A stretch of 41,745 nt of DNA from a virus (IMGVR_UViG_3300049135_000042:1-41745); one strand, 5' to 3'. Shown: positions 1 through 9,041, counted from the first letter of the stretch. The notes: generated from the sequence alone by a model not told the origin. Numbers and translations: made by a program.

Positions 1-722
1 GCGTAGGTCACGTCCACGGGCTCGGTGACCGGCGCGGCGGCGGCCTCGACGCGCACGGGCTCGCTGGCGACCTCCTTGACGGCGCGCAGCTGCTCGCGGA
101 TGTACTCGGCCGACGTCGGGACCCACTTCGCGAGGTCGTGCGCGGCGGTCTTCATCCACATGGCGACCTCGTCGGAGGACCACGGGCTGAACGACTTCCC
201 GGCGGTGGAGGACGCCTTCTTGGCCCGCTCGATGCGCGCCTTGTTGACGACGACCACCTTGGAGATCGCGCCGTCCTTCATGACGGCGTAGGCGTAGGCG
301 AGGCGGATCGCGCCGCGGTCGTCGGCATCCCAGTCGATGCGGTGCCGGGGGCGGTCGTCGACGCCGGGCGTGTAGTCGAACCCGTCGTTGACGAACACCG
401 GCTCGACGATCACGGAGGACACGGCGCCGGCGCGGTACATGAGCTCGATCTCGCCCTGGTAGCCGACGATGCCCTGGATCTTCCCGGAGCGGACGGTGAG
501 GTAGTACTCCTTCGAGCCGGGCTGCAGTCCCAGGCGCGCGGCCTCGGACAGGGCGTTCATCGCCGAGCCGGGATCGTTGTTCGCGGCGGCCCACAGGTCC
601 TTGGACTTGCGGACAGCGGCGACGGCGGCGTTGAGCCACCCGTCGGACTTCTCGGCGAGGTGGGAGGGGAGGACGCCGGTCAGTTCGGTGGCGTGCTGGC
701 GGATGACGAGGTCGGCGCTCAT
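1..722 (-). CDS. recT: RecT-family ssDNA annealing protein (3'-truncated by window edge)
   Basis: Manual translation from ATG at 722: MSADLVIRQHATELTGVLPSHL...EAARLGLQPG..EYYL...GIVGYQGEIELMYRAG...SPWSSDEVAMWMKTAAHDLAKWVPTSAE, which are RecT motifs. ATGA-coupled to the upstream YqaJ exonuclease; no stop inside the window. Confidence 0.9.
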   Translation of the reverse strand, partial: MSADLVIRQHATELTGVLPSHLAEKSDGWLNAAVAAVRKSKDLWAAANNDPGSAMNALSEAARLGLQPGSKEYYLTVRSGKIQGIVGYQGEIELMYRAGAVSSVIVEPVFVNDGFDYTPGVDDRPRHRIDWDADDRGAIRLAYAYAVMKDGAISKVVVVNKARIERAKKASSTAGKSFSPWSSDEVAMWMKTAAHDLAKWVPTSAEYIREQLRAVKEVASEPVRVEAAAAPVTEPVDVTY

Positions 723-1567
723 GCTGCGGCCTTTCGGGTGCTGGGCAGCCCGTTGGCTGCCTTGAGGAAGGGGGTGCCGCCGTTGCGCGCCTGGCGGGTC
801 AGGAGGGTGATGTCGTTCCAGACGGCGCGCTGGGCGTTGCCCATGAGGTCGGCGATCTCGTTCTTAGCGAGCTGCTCGGCCTCGGTGGCGCCGGTGACCT
901 GCTCCCGGGCGTCGAGCCAGCGCACGGCCAGCTCCTCGGGGACGTCTACCGACTCGGGGTCGATGTCCGGGTGCAGCTGGCGGATCGCCTGGTACGTGTG
1001 CTCCGAGCCGTCGAGCAGGGGCGCGACACCGGCCTTGAGCGAGTCCATGAACGCGCGCGCCTCGGCCACCAGGTACTCGATGCGGTCGTTGTCACGCTCG
1101 ACGAGGTGCTCGACGAACTCCATGGAGACGTCGGCCACGACGTAGCAGCGCTGCGCACCGGTGACCCAGAGTTCCCACTGGACCTGGTCGTAGTAGCCGA
1201 CCGGGACACCGGCCGCCCACTCCCAAGACAGGCGAGACGTCTTGGCTTGGACGAGGTTGCTGAACGGCTCGTCCTCGCCGTGGTAGACGCCGTCCGGCGT
1301 GGCGCCGGCCCACCCGTCTCGCTCGGCCCACGCACCGGGGCGCACCGTGAACTCGGGGTGCTGGTCGGCGAACCACTGGAGCAGCACGGGCTCGAGGTAG
1401 TGCCCGTACGTCATGACGGCGGTCTGCGGCTGGGGCTCGAGGTCGCCGTGCATGCGGTGCCAGAGCGAGAACCGGGACTCGTACGGCGACGTGCCGACGA
1501 CGGCGGAGATCTTGCTGGCGGTCATGTACTTGAGCCACTCGGCGCTGCCTGGCTTGGGTCCGGTCAC
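719..1567 (-). CDS. YqaJ/RecE-like exonuclease
   Basis: GSAEWL..MTASKISAVVGTSPYES..SLW, GHYLEP, ATPDG, QAKT, YYDQVQWEL motifs; adjacent to recT. Confidence 0.9.
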   Translation of the reverse strand: MTGPKPGSAEWLKYMTASKISAVVGTSPYESRFSLWHRMHGDLEPQPQTAVMTYGHYLEPVLLQWFADQHPEFTVRPGAWAERDGWAGATPDGVYHGEDEPFSNLVQAKTSRLSWEWAAGVPVGYYDQVQWELWVTGAQRCYVVADVSMEFVEHLVERDNDRIEYLVAEARAFMDSLKAGVAPLLDGSEHTYQAIRQLHPDIDPESVDVPEELAVRWLDAREQVTGATEAEQLAKNEIADLMGNAQRAVWNDITLLTRQARNGGTPFLKAANGLPSTRKAAA

Positions 1568-1701
1568 GAGGTGACCTCCTTCTCGTCGTACGTCGCCTCG
1601 ATGCGGGCGAACTGGATTTCGGTGTCGAACACGTCCAGGCGGATCCCGGCGCCGACGAGCAGCGCGCGGGCGGACTGGGGCAGGTCTGTCTCGGTGCTCA
1701 T
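1564..1701 (-). CDS. small hypothetical protein (45 aa)
   Basis: MSTETDLPQSARALL...EKEVTS; 4-bp start/stop overlaps with both neighbours. Confidence 0.6.
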   Translation of the reverse strand: MSTETDLPQSARALLVGAGIRLDVFDTEIQFARIEATYDEKEVTS

Positions 1702-2009
1702 GACTCGCCCCTCTCGTGCTTCTTGATGCGGCGTCGCACCGTCTCGGGTGCGACGCCGGCGAGGTTCGCGATGTCTCGCAGCGACTCGCCCGCGTCTCGC
1801 ATGGCCGCCATCTCGGCCGGAGTCAGGTCCCGTGTCTCGGTCGCTGTCTCGGGCGGCGTCTCGTCCAGCGCGACCTCGTACTCGACGGCCGAGACGACCG
1901 CACCGCACCACGCCTTGATCTCGTCCTTCGTCTCGGGGCAAGACGCGAGGTGTCTCACGTACGTCCCGACGTCGGCGGGGATGACGGAACCGCAGGTGTG
2001 CCTGATCAC
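1698..2009 (-). CDS. HTH DNA-binding protein
   Basis: C-terminal MRDAGESLRDIANLAGVAPETVRRRIK helix-turn-helix; coupled overlaps. Confidence 0.7.
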   Translation of the reverse strand: MIRHTCGSVIPADVGTYVRHLASCPETKDEIKAWCGAVVSAVEYEVALDETPPETATETRDLTPAEMAAMRDAGESLRDIANLAGVAPETVRRRIKKHERGES

Positions 2010-2137
2010 TGGTCGTCACCTCCCTTGCTCGGGTTGGCCTGCTCGTTCTTCACACGCGGCTCGGCCTTGATGGCGTCGCGCAGCCGGTCCAGGGCTTCGG
2101 GCGTCCAGTCCTCGGGGCGCTGGGGAGGGGTGCTCAC
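2006..2137 (-). CDS. small hypothetical protein (43 aa)
   Basis: Manual translation MSTPPQRPEDWTPEALDRLRDAIKAE...GGDDQ; GTGA overlaps at both ends fill the gap exactly. Confidence 0.6.
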   Translation of the reverse strand: MSTPPQRPEDWTPEALDRLRDAIKAEPRVKNEQANPSKGGDDQ

Positions 2138-2433
2138 TGGATGACCTCCACGTTCTCGGGCAGGACGAGCACGGGCTTGCGATGCAGGCCCTCGACGACG
2201 AGCACGGCGCGGTAGTGCCGCTCTGGCCGGTACGTGAGGGGCTCATCCCAGCCGCCGAACGTCTCGCCGTCGGACAGGGTCCGGAGGCCGACGACGATGC
2301 CGCCGTACGTCCCGGTCATGTACGGGTCCGGCTCCCAGACCTTCCGGCGGGGGGTGGCCGGCGGGCAGGCGCGGCGCAGGGGTCGCTTGAAGCGGACCGG
2401 AGTGCCGAGCCGGAGCTGGTCGAGGCCGCTCAT
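2134..2433 (-). CDS. hypothetical protein
   Basis: MSGLDQLRLGTPVRF...VLPENVEVIQ; ATGA overlap with the exonuclease stop. Confidence 0.65.
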   Translation of the reverse strand: MSGLDQLRLGTPVRFKRPLRRACPPATPRRKVWEPDPYMTGTYGGIVVGLRTLSDGETFGGWDEPLTYRPERHYRAVLVVEGLHRKPVLVLPENVEVIQ

Positions 2434-3161
2434 GCCGCACCGCCCGTCCACGCCTGCATCGGCCACTGGCCGTCGATGACGATCAGCGAGCCGTCGTCGT
2501 TCGTCTGCCCCTTGCGGGCGAAGTACTGCTGCAGGTCGGCGGCCTGGTCGCGGCGGAGCGAGACCTGCCAGCGCCACAGGTCCTGGAGCGTGCTCGGCAT
2601 CTGGGCGTCGTGCTGCTCGCCCATGCGCCGGGCCAGGGCCTGCGCGGCGTACGCGTCGGCGCCAGCCGTGTGCCAGTTCTCCAGCTCGACGCCGTACCGC
2701 GCGCACGTCGGGCCGAGCTGGCGCTGGCCGGAGCCCTTGACGTACCGGTCGACCTGCTTGTCGATGACCATCGGGTCGATGACCGGGCCGGCCAGCACCA
2801 GCGGCTTGCCGAGGTGGCGCCGGAACTCGCGGTCCGCGATCGTGAAGTCGAACGACGCGTTGTAGGCGACGATCGGGATCTTGCGCTCCCAGACGTCCTC
2901 GATCGCTGCGAGCAGGATGCGCAGCGCGGGGACGGGTTCGATGCCGTCCGCCTGGACCTGCTCCGTGGTGATCTTGTTGATCGCGGTCGCCGCGGCGGGG
3001 ATCTCGATGCCCGGATTGATCAGCAGGTCCAGCGACTCGGTCTGCGTCCCGTCCGCGTCGTACACGTCGAGTACGGCGGTGACGATGCGGTCCTGCTCGA
3101 CGTCCGTGCCGGTGGTCTCCGTGTCGAAGGCCGCGAGGGGGCCTTCCCACCAGGCGGTCAC
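2430..3161 (-). CDS. DnaQ-like (DEDDh) 3'-5' exonuclease
   Basis: ExoI FDTETTG, ExoII YNASFD, ExoIII HTAGADA. Confidence 0.9.
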   Translation of the reverse strand: MTAWWEGPLAAFDTETTGTDVEQDRIVTAVLDVYDADGTQTESLDLLINPGIEIPAAATAINKITTEQVQADGIEPVPALRILLAAIEDVWERKIPIVAYNASFDFTIADREFRRHLGKPLVLAGPVIDPMVIDKQVDRYVKGSGQRQLGPTCARYGVELENWHTAGADAYAAQALARRMGEQHDAQMPSTLQDLWRWQVSLRRDQAADLQQYFARKGQTNDDGSLIVIDGQWPMQAWTGGAA

Positions 3162-3544
3162 AGAACGCCTCCCGAGACGTCGACGTCGACCAGGTCGCGC
3201 CCGGTCGGCTTGGCATTGTCCAGGACATCGTCAGCGCGCTCGGCGACGCAGCGGTCGCAGCCGCACTCCTCGTCGCTGCTGGCGTGCAGCCAGTCGAGCT
3301 CGGCGACGATGGCGGACCACGAGCCGTACACGTCGACCAAGATCTGGACGAAGTGTTCGCCGTCGGTCCAGACCGCGTTGAGGTCGTGACCGCGTCCGGG
3401 GCGGGTCTCCTCGGCGAACTCCAGGACCCACCCGTACCCGTCGGGGTTGTCGCTGGGTTCCACGCCCTGCGCGTGGATGTCGGCGATGGCTTCGAGCCAG
3501 CCGCGGGCCTGGCGCTCGGTGAACTGCTCCTTCGCCGCGCTCAT
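3158..3544 (-). CDS. hypothetical protein
   Basis: MSAAKEQFTERQARGWLE...ECGCDRC; coupled overlaps. Confidence 0.65.
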   Translation of the reverse strand: MSAAKEQFTERQARGWLEAIADIHAQGVEPSDNPDGYGWVLEFAEETRPGRGHDLNAVWTDGEHFVQILVDVYGSWSAIVAELDWLHASSDEECGCDRCVAERADDVLDNAKPTGRDLVDVDVSGGVL

Positions 3545-3747
3545 GCCGAGGCCTTCCACGGCGTCCACGTGATGGTGTGCTCGATGACGTGCCCGAAGTA
3601 CCGGTCGACGACGGCGGCCGTCGGCTTGACCGGCCGGGCGGGTGTGCGGTGGTGGACGACGGCGTGCTGGTCGTCCGTGCACACACAGACCGTGTAGTCG
3701 GTGCGGGCGAGTTTCGGCTTGGGTGCGGCCTTGGTCTTGGTGGCCAT
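3541..3747 (-). CDS. hypothetical protein
   Basis: MATKTKAAPKPKLARTDYTVCVC...WTPWKASA; TGATG overlap upstream. Confidence 0.6.
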   Translation of the reverse strand: MATKTKAAPKPKLARTDYTVCVCTDDQHAVVHHRTPARPVKPTAAVVDRYFGHVIEHTITWTPWKASA

Positions 3748-4040
3748 CAGCGCTGCACCACCCTCGTGACCGAGAACAGCTCGCGGGCCAGGATGTGGCC
3801 GCCGGTGATGTGCGCCTCGCGGTCGGCGGCGGCCTGGCCGGCGTGCATGCCCCAGCGGTCGGCCTGGCCGTCGCGGTGCTGTCCGTTCGAGCAGAAGCAC
3901 ACCGTGAACTGCTCGGGCAGGCGGCGGGCGTCGTGGATGTCGCCGTGGTCGACGATGACGAGACCGTCCTTGGGGACCTCGTCGACGTAGGCCTGGGCCT
4001 CGGGCTCGGGGCGGTGGAAGTCGATGGCGGTGTTCATCAC
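3747..4040 (-). CDS. hypothetical protein
   Basis: (V)MNTAIDFHRPEPEAQAYVDEVP...; GGGGAGTGATG start overlapping the stop at 4037. In frame with the upstream ORF (see findings). Confidence 0.55.
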   Translation of the reverse strand: MMNTAIDFHRPEPEAQAYVDEVPKDGLVIVDHGDIHDARRLPEQFTVCFCSNGQHRDGQADRWGMHAGQAAADREAHITGGHILARELFSVTRVVQR

Positions 4041-4871
4041 TCCCCACCGCCCAGGATGGCGAGGATGGAGCGCGCGTCGGACCGGTAGTTCTCGCTGGTG
4101 CTCGGGTCGGCGTCGTCGATATCCGTGTAGTCGCCGTAGTGCTGGGCGAGCGCGGCGGCCATCTCCTCCTGCGTCACGGCCCTTCGTGACCTTGAGCGTG
4201 GTCGTCGGGCTGTCCGGCAGGAAGTCGATGACGTCGCCCTCCGTGTGGAGGAACGTGCCGTCGTAGCCGTTGATCTCTCGGCGTGGGCCATCGATCAGGT
4301 CGACCGAGGCCCAGGCGTAGCCGCCCTCGCCGTCCTGCGTGTTCGGGGCCAGGCGGATCACGTGCCTTCGCGGGACGCCGCGAACGATCGCCACGCCGGT
4401 CGTCCGCGGCTGCCACTCGGGCTTGGGCGCGGGCTGGTGGGCGGTGAGGGTGACCGAGGGGTGCTCCCGGACGGGCCACCCGCCGACGTACAGACCGGTG
4501 CCGCCGGGGTTGTAGACCTCGCCCGTGATGAAGAAGTCGCGGAACTCGGGGTTCTCCGCCTTGACCGTGACCGTCACCGTGTCGCCCGCCTTGACCTTCG
4601 ACGGGTCGAGCGGGGCGGGGGTGGCCGAGTGCTGGTTGCACGTGTCCTCGGTCCCGGCTCGGCAGACACACCGGACGAGGTTGGCGTTCGCCCTGACGAC
4701 CTCGGCCGAGGCTGCGCGCGGCACCTCCGGGTCGAAGCCGGCGGTGTCCAGGTATCGGTAGGTGACGTCGGTTCCGGCCTCGATGATCTCGAACGTGGAG
4801 CCGTGCGGGCCCTTGGCGTCGTAGGTGTCCTGCCATGCCCAGACCTGCCCGGGCTTAATGTCGGTGCTCAT
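4037..4871 (-). CDS. hypothetical protein, apparently frameshifted near 4180
   Basis: Starts MSTDIKPGQVWAW at 4871 (ATGA-coupled). Coding-like sequence switches frame near 4180 to VTQEEMAAALAQHYGDY...LGGGE, stopping at 4037. Confidence 0.5.
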
Positions 4872-5125
4872 GCTGTGGCTTCCTTCGCGAAGTGGGGACG
4901 CCGGACGACGGTCTCGGCGGGGTGGGTGACGGCGCGCAGGCACGGCGTCCGGTGCTCGTCGATGTGGTAGCGAACGGTCGTGCCAGGTCGCTCGGCAGGA
5001 AGGGCTGCGGGGTCAGCGACGGCCGCCGTGAGGTGCGAGCGCGACGGGGCGCACCGGCAGTGCTCGTCGATTCCGTGCCACGTGCCATAACTGCAGCGCC
5101 AGCCGCCGCCTTCGGGGTGCCTCAT
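4868..5125 (-). CDS. hypothetical protein (Cys/His-rich)
   Basis: MRHPEGGGWRCSYGTWHGIDEHCRC...KEATA; coupled overlaps. Confidence 0.55.
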   Translation of the reverse strand: MRHPEGGGWRCSYGTWHGIDEHCRCAPSRSHLTAAVADPAALPAERPGTTVRYHIDEHRTPCLRAVTHPAETVVRRPHFAKEATA

Positions 5126-5433
5126 GGGGCCACCTCCGTGTAGCTCAGGTGGACGGTGGTGGTGATCTCGTCGACCGTGCGTTCGTAGGTGATGGTCAGG
5201 GAGGCGCTGTCGGCCTGATGCGGGCGACCGGCGTCGCGGAGCCGCTTCACCCGAGCCTCGAACGCCTCGCGGGCGGTCATACCCGGTGTCGGGGTAGTCC
5301 ATGTCTGGGTGCTGGTGATGTGGACCACATGGCGAGCCGGTGCGTTGCGCTGCTGCGCTATCCGGGCCAAGAGGTCGGGGTCCTTGCCGCGACCTCCCAT
5401 GGTCGCCATGCCTTCGCGGTCGAAAGTGCTCAT
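5122..5433 (-). CDS. hypothetical protein
   Basis: MSTFDREGMATMGGRG...TEVAP; GGAGG RBS and ATGA overlap. Confidence 0.6.
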   Translation of the reverse strand: MSTFDREGMATMGGRGKDPDLLARIAQQRNAPARHVVHITSTQTWTTPTPGMTAREAFEARVKRLRDAGRPHQADSASLTITYERTVDEITTTVHLSYTEVAP

Positions 5434-5552
5434 GACGCACCTCCGAGCATCCGGACCAGGCCGACGACGGACCATGCCCCGAAGACCAGGACGACGACGG
5501 CGCCCAGGGCCATGATGAGGTGGTTGCTCGTGTGGGCGTGATGGCGGGTCAC
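5430..5552 (-). CDS. small membrane protein
   Basis: MTRHHAHTSNHLIMALGAVVVLVFGAWSVVGLVRMLGGAS; a single hydrophobic helix. Confidence 0.6.
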   Translation of the reverse strand: MTRHHAHTSNHLIMALGAVVVLVFGAWSVVGLVRMLGGAS

Positions 5553-5908
5553 GAGTCCGCTCCGTTCGCGATCTCCAGCAGAACGTCCGCGTGGCACGGC
5601 TGGCCGAGCGGGCACCAGCACGCGAGGTCGCGGTCGGCGAGCTCGGCGACGACCTCCTCATGCGAGAAGCGCGGCGCGTTGTTCGTCAGGACCATCGAGC
5701 GGTAGATGTCCACCACATGCTGGGCATCCATGACCGGGATCGGGATCGGCCTCTGCGGGCTGGGCCAACCCGGACCCACCCAGTAGGCGTCAGGGTCGCC
5801 GACGCGGAACGGGTTGCCCCACCGGGAGCCACGGCCCACGTAGACGGCGCCATCCGGCATCCGCCAGCCCTTGGTCCGCTTCCGCTGGATCCGCTTCGGC
5901 GCGCTCAT
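5549..5908 (-). CDS. DUF4326-family protein
   Basis: PKRIQRKRTKGWRMP..AVYVGRGSRWGNPF...LACWCP..PCHADVLLEIAN signature. Confidence 0.85.
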   Translation of the reverse strand: MSAPKRIQRKRTKGWRMPDGAVYVGRGSRWGNPFRVGDPDAYWVGPGWPSPQRPIPIPVMDAQHVVDIYRSMVLTNNAPRFSHEEVVAELADRDLACWCPLGQPCHADVLLEIANGADS

Positions 5909-6156
5909 GAGTCTGCTCCGAGGAGTGCGGTGCGGACGCGGCGTGCCTCGACGGTCCAACGAGCCTTCGTGTCCGGGTCGACGGTGCGCCACGCCTGGGG
6001 TTCGGTGCCGCGCAAGATACGCGCGAGGTCGTCCAGGTCATCCAGCACGGCGGCGAGGGTGTTGCGGATGACGACGTCATCGTCAAGGCCGCAGTCATCC
6101 GCGTTGCGCAGTGCCTCGATGCCGCGTTCGATGCCGGGTGTGGTCTTGATGCTCAT
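5905..6156 (-). CDS. hypothetical protein
   Basis: MSIKTTPGIERGIEAL...LLGADS; coupled overlaps. Confidence 0.6.
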   Translation of the reverse strand: MSIKTTPGIERGIEALRNADDCGLDDDVVIRNTLAAVLDDLDDLARILRGTEPQAWRTVDPDTKARWTVEARRVRTALLGADS

Positions 6157-6776
6157 GACGCACCGCCCACACACGAGGCCTTGGCGTCGCGGTAGTCAGC
6201 CTTCGCCGCGTCGATGTCGTCCCAGAGCTGGATCGCGTCAGCCTCGTGGCCCTTGTACTCGGACTGGCCACGGGTCTTCATCATGACCACGGCGGTCGTG
6301 ACGTTCTCGTAGTCGACGAAGGTGCGGTCGGCCAGGGTGAACGCCTTTGCGCAGGACTGCGGGGCGTCGAGGGTCATCGCGCCGTAGCCGTAGCCGATGA
6401 GGACGCCGAGCAGGGCTGAGAACCCGGCGCGGTAGACGCGCTCGCTCGGGGGGCGCAGGACGGAGCCGGTGAACGTGGGCGGGCGGAGGTTGCGGAGGCG
6501 GCTCGCGAAGGTCGACTTGGCGGTGCGTCGGCGGGGGGCGAGGTGCTCCAGCGCCTCCTTCTCCGTCCGCTTGGCTGCCCCGAACGGCTTGGGCCCGGCG
6601 AGCACGGTCAGCCAGAGGCCGCCAGCGATCCGGTTCAGCACGCCGCGCACGTCCGCCTCGGACAGCGGATTCGAGTCCAGCCTGAACTCCGGGAGTTCCC
6701 GGCCCACGCTGGTGGTGGCGAGGGGTGCGCGCAGGCGGGTCAGCCATGCCGGCCTGCGGGTGTGGCGGCCGGTCAT
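6153..6776 (-). CDS. membrane protein
   Basis: MTGRHTRRPAW...; TM segment AGFSALLGVLIGYGYGAMTL, then a domain bounded by two Cys. Confidence 0.6.
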   Translation of the reverse strand: MTGRHTRRPAWLTRLRAPLATTSVGRELPEFRLDSNPLSEADVRGVLNRIAGGLWLTVLAGPKPFGAAKRTEKEALEHLAPRRRTAKSTFASRLRNLRPPTFTGSVLRPPSERVYRAGFSALLGVLIGYGYGAMTLDAPQSCAKAFTLADRTFVDYENVTTAVVMMKTRGQSEYKGHEADAIQLWDDIDAAKADYRDAKASCVGGAS

Positions 6777-7042
6777 GACAGCACCACCTTCCGGCACTCA
6801 CGGACGCGGGCAAAGAAGGCGTCGCGCGCCTCGATCTCCGCTTCGACGTCTCGGCCTCGTGACGCGTCCTCGTAGATGAATGCGGCATCGAGCACCCGTG
6901 CCCGTGCCTCCTGACGGTCCAGCTCGACGATGCTCGGGGTCTCATGCGGCACATGGGCCGGGCGGGACAGCACCTTGGCGAGCGTGCGGTCGGACAGGGG
7001 TGCGGCGAGAGGGCCGTGGTCCTGGGTCGTGTCGCTCATCAC
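6773..7042 (-). CDS. hypothetical protein
   Basis: 89-aa ORF with coupled overlaps and GGAGG RBS. Confidence 0.6.
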   Translation of the reverse strand: MMSDTTQDHGPLAAPLSDRTLAKVLSRPAHVPHETPSIVELDRQEARARVLDAAFIYEDASRGRDVEAEIEARDAFFARVRECRKVVLS

Positions 7043-7221
7043 GCCTCCATCTCGATGTGGCGGGCGCCGCGGGTGCGCACGGCCTCTGCGGTCTCGTCCG
7101 TGGCGGGGAGGGTGGCGCCGGCGAGACGCTGGGGCGGGCCCTCCTCGGGCTCACCGTTCGGGAAGCCGTACTGCCACTCGCCGGCGAGGGCGCCGGTGGG
7201 GTCGTTCGTGTGGTTCGACAT
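7039..7221 (-). CDS. hypothetical protein
   Basis: MSNHTNDPTGALAGEWQY...; GAGGAG RBS 6 nt upstream. Confidence 0.6.
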   Translation of the reverse strand: MSNHTNDPTGALAGEWQYGFPNGEPEEGPPQRLAGATLPATDETAEAVRTRGARHIEMEA

Positions 7222-7307
7222 GCGATACTCCTCAGTGGTGGCGCCGATCCGTCCGGGACTCACATGCCAGGGGCGGGTCGGCGTTGCTGCGCCTGGGGCC
7301 GGTTGGC

Positions 7308-7523
7308 TCAGGCGGGGATGCGCTCGGTCTTGCCGCGCTCAACCCAGGCGCGCAGGTCGTCGGCGAGGATGAGCGGCTTGTTGACCTGTCGGCCGTTGAC
7401 GTTCGGGTAGTGCACGGGCAGGTCACCGGCGCGGACTGCGCGGCGGATCACGTCGACCGAGACACCGGATGCGGCGCCAGCCCCGAAGACGTCGAAGCTC
7501 ACGGGGGCGATGGGTGCGTTCAC
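7308..7523 (-). CDS. excisionase-like HTH protein
   Basis: AGAASGVSVDVIRRAVRAGDLP...LILADDLRAWV (HTH_17/Xis-like); follows the antirepressor. Confidence 0.7.
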   Translation of the reverse strand: MNAPIAPVSFDVFGAGAASGVSVDVIRRAVRAGDLPVHYPNVNGRQVNKPLILADDLRAWVERGKTERIPA

Positions 7524-8278
7524 GACGCGGCTCCGATCTCTGCGGTGGTCAGGTGCCGCAGCAGGTACTGCAGCCCCTTCGGCGTGACGCGGATGGCCGG
7601 CGGGTCCAGGACCAGCTCGCCCGTGCGGGGGTGGTAGTGGGACATCGGCAGGATCGACAGGCGCCCGACCTCGATCGCGGTCTGCTTCGCGTGCCAGCGG
7701 CCGTCCCCACCGCGGTAGATCCACCCGAGGGTGTGCAGCAGGGAGAACAGGCGGTCGCGGCCCATCGGGACGCCAGCGCGGGACCGGAGCGCCTTCGCGG
7801 CGTCGGCGACAGCGAGGTCGCCGCCCGCGTCGAGCAGCCGGTCGGCGACCTGCGCCTTGGGCTCCAGCTCAGCGACCACCGCCTCCGCGCGGTCCGCGCG
7901 GTCCGCCTCGGCGATGACGAGCTGCGCGAGCTGGCGCGGGGAGAGCTCGGTGACCTGGTAGCCACCCGTCTTCCGAATCGCTGGGAGCACCTCGTGCGTC
8001 ACCCAGCGGCGGAACGGCTTCGCAGCCGGGGAGTCGCTGCGGACGATGACGTCGTACATGCCGGCCTCGGTCACCGTGGTGACACTCTGGCGTCCGCCAA
8101 GGGTGTCTGTCTGACAGACACCCTTCACGTCGTCGTCGAGACGGGCCGCGACGACGGCGGTCCGTGCGATGCCAAGGACCCGGCATAGGTCGGCGAGCAC
8201 GAACCACGGCTCACCCTGCTCGTCCGTCACGACGCGAACGTCTGCGCCGTCGAACTGGAACGGCTGGACGGCGCTCAT
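7520..8278 (-). CDS. antirepressor (BRO-N + ANT/KilAC)
   Basis: FQFDGADVRVV..GEPWFVLADLCRVL...FRRWVTHEVLPAIRKTGGY (Bro-N); ELEPKA...VADAAKAL...GRDRLF...VTPKG (ANT). Confidence 0.92.
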   Translation of the reverse strand: MSAVQPFQFDGADVRVVTDEQGEPWFVLADLCRVLGIARTAVVAARLDDDVKGVCQTDTLGGRQSVTTVTEAGMYDVIVRSDSPAAKPFRRWVTHEVLPAIRKTGGYQVTELSPRQLAQLVIAEADRADRAEAVVAELEPKAQVADRLLDAGGDLAVADAAKALRSRAGVPMGRDRLFSLLHTLGWIYRGGDGRWHAKQTAIEVGRLSILPMSHYHPRTGELVLDPPAIRVTPKGLQYLLRHLTTAEIGAAS

Positions 8279-8583
8279 GCGGCACCTGCCCGGCCGTGCA
8301 CGAGGACGTCGGGGAACTTGGGGACGGACACCTCGGCCAGCGACTCGGCCTCGGTGCCGTCGTCCTCGGGGGCGGCGTATTCCGCGGCGATCTGCTCGTA
8401 TGCCTCCAGCTCCGCACGACTGAACGGGTGCTCGCCCTCCTCGGCGATGATGGTCCGCTGGATGCCCGCCATGAACAGTGCGTGGTCGCGCAGCGCCTCA
8501 CGGGTGATCGGCTCGCCGGTGGACTCCCAGCCCTTGCGGAAGCTGGCGATCATTGAGCGGGCGTGGTCCATGGCGGCGCTCAT
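8275..8583 (-). CDS. hypothetical protein
   Basis: 102-aa ORF with ATGA overlaps at both ends. Confidence 0.6.
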   Translation of the reverse strand: MSAAMDHARSMIASFRKGWESTGEPITREALRDHALFMAGIQRTIIAEEGEHPFSRAELEAYEQIAAEYAAPEDDGTEAESLAEVSVPKFPDVLVHGRAGAA

Positions 8584-8696
8584 CGGTCCGAGCCCTTGTC
8601 CTCGGTGCCGACGCCGTTCATGCGGTCGATCTGGCCGACGGGCTCGTCGTGGCCTTCGGCGACGAGGATGCTGAGGACCTTGTCCTTGATGCTCAT
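8580..8696 (-). CDS. small hypothetical protein (38 aa)
   Basis: MSIKDKVLSILVAEGHDEPVGQIDRMNGVGTEDKGSDR; AGGAG RBS; stop overlaps the next ATG. Confidence 0.6.
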   Translation of the reverse strand: MSIKDKVLSILVAEGHDEPVGQIDRMNGVGTEDKGSDR

Positions 8697-8771
8697 GGGA
8701 TACTTCTCCTGTTCGTTCGGAGGCCCGGTTGCTCGTGGTGTGGAGCCGGGCCTCTGGCTTGCTCGGTACTC

Positions 8772-8785
8772 AGTGGATATGCACT
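8772..8785. promoter_or_regulatory. putative repressor operator (AGTGGATATGCACT)
   Basis: One mismatch to the palindrome AGTGCATATGCACT; similar copies at 9053, 9095 and 11096. Confidence 0.65.
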
Positions 8786-9041
8786 AGGCGGCGGCGACAG
8801 AAGACACGCGGTCAACTGGTGCGACGATCTCCGCGAGCGGGACGTTGAGGGCGCGGGAGATGCGGATCAGCTCGGGGAGCGTGAACGGCACCTCGCCGTT
8901 GTACTTGCGGGAGAACGTCGGCTGCCGCATGTCCAGGCTCCCGAGGATCTCGTGGGGCCGGACGTTGAGGCGAGCCATGGATGCACGCACCTCAGCGGCG
9001 ACTATGGCGACCGTCTCGGCGGTGTCGGCGTTGATCTGCAT
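8784..9041 (-). CDS. Cro-like XRE HTH regulator (probably leaderless)
   Basis: EVRASMARLNV..EILGSLDMRQPTFSRKYNGEVPFTLPELIRISRALNV; divergent from the repressor and first gene of the early operon. Confidence 0.8.
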   Translation of the reverse strand: MQINADTAETVAIVAAEVRASMARLNVRPHEILGSLDMRQPTFSRKYNGEVPFTLPELIRISRALNVPLAEIVAPVDRVSSVAAA

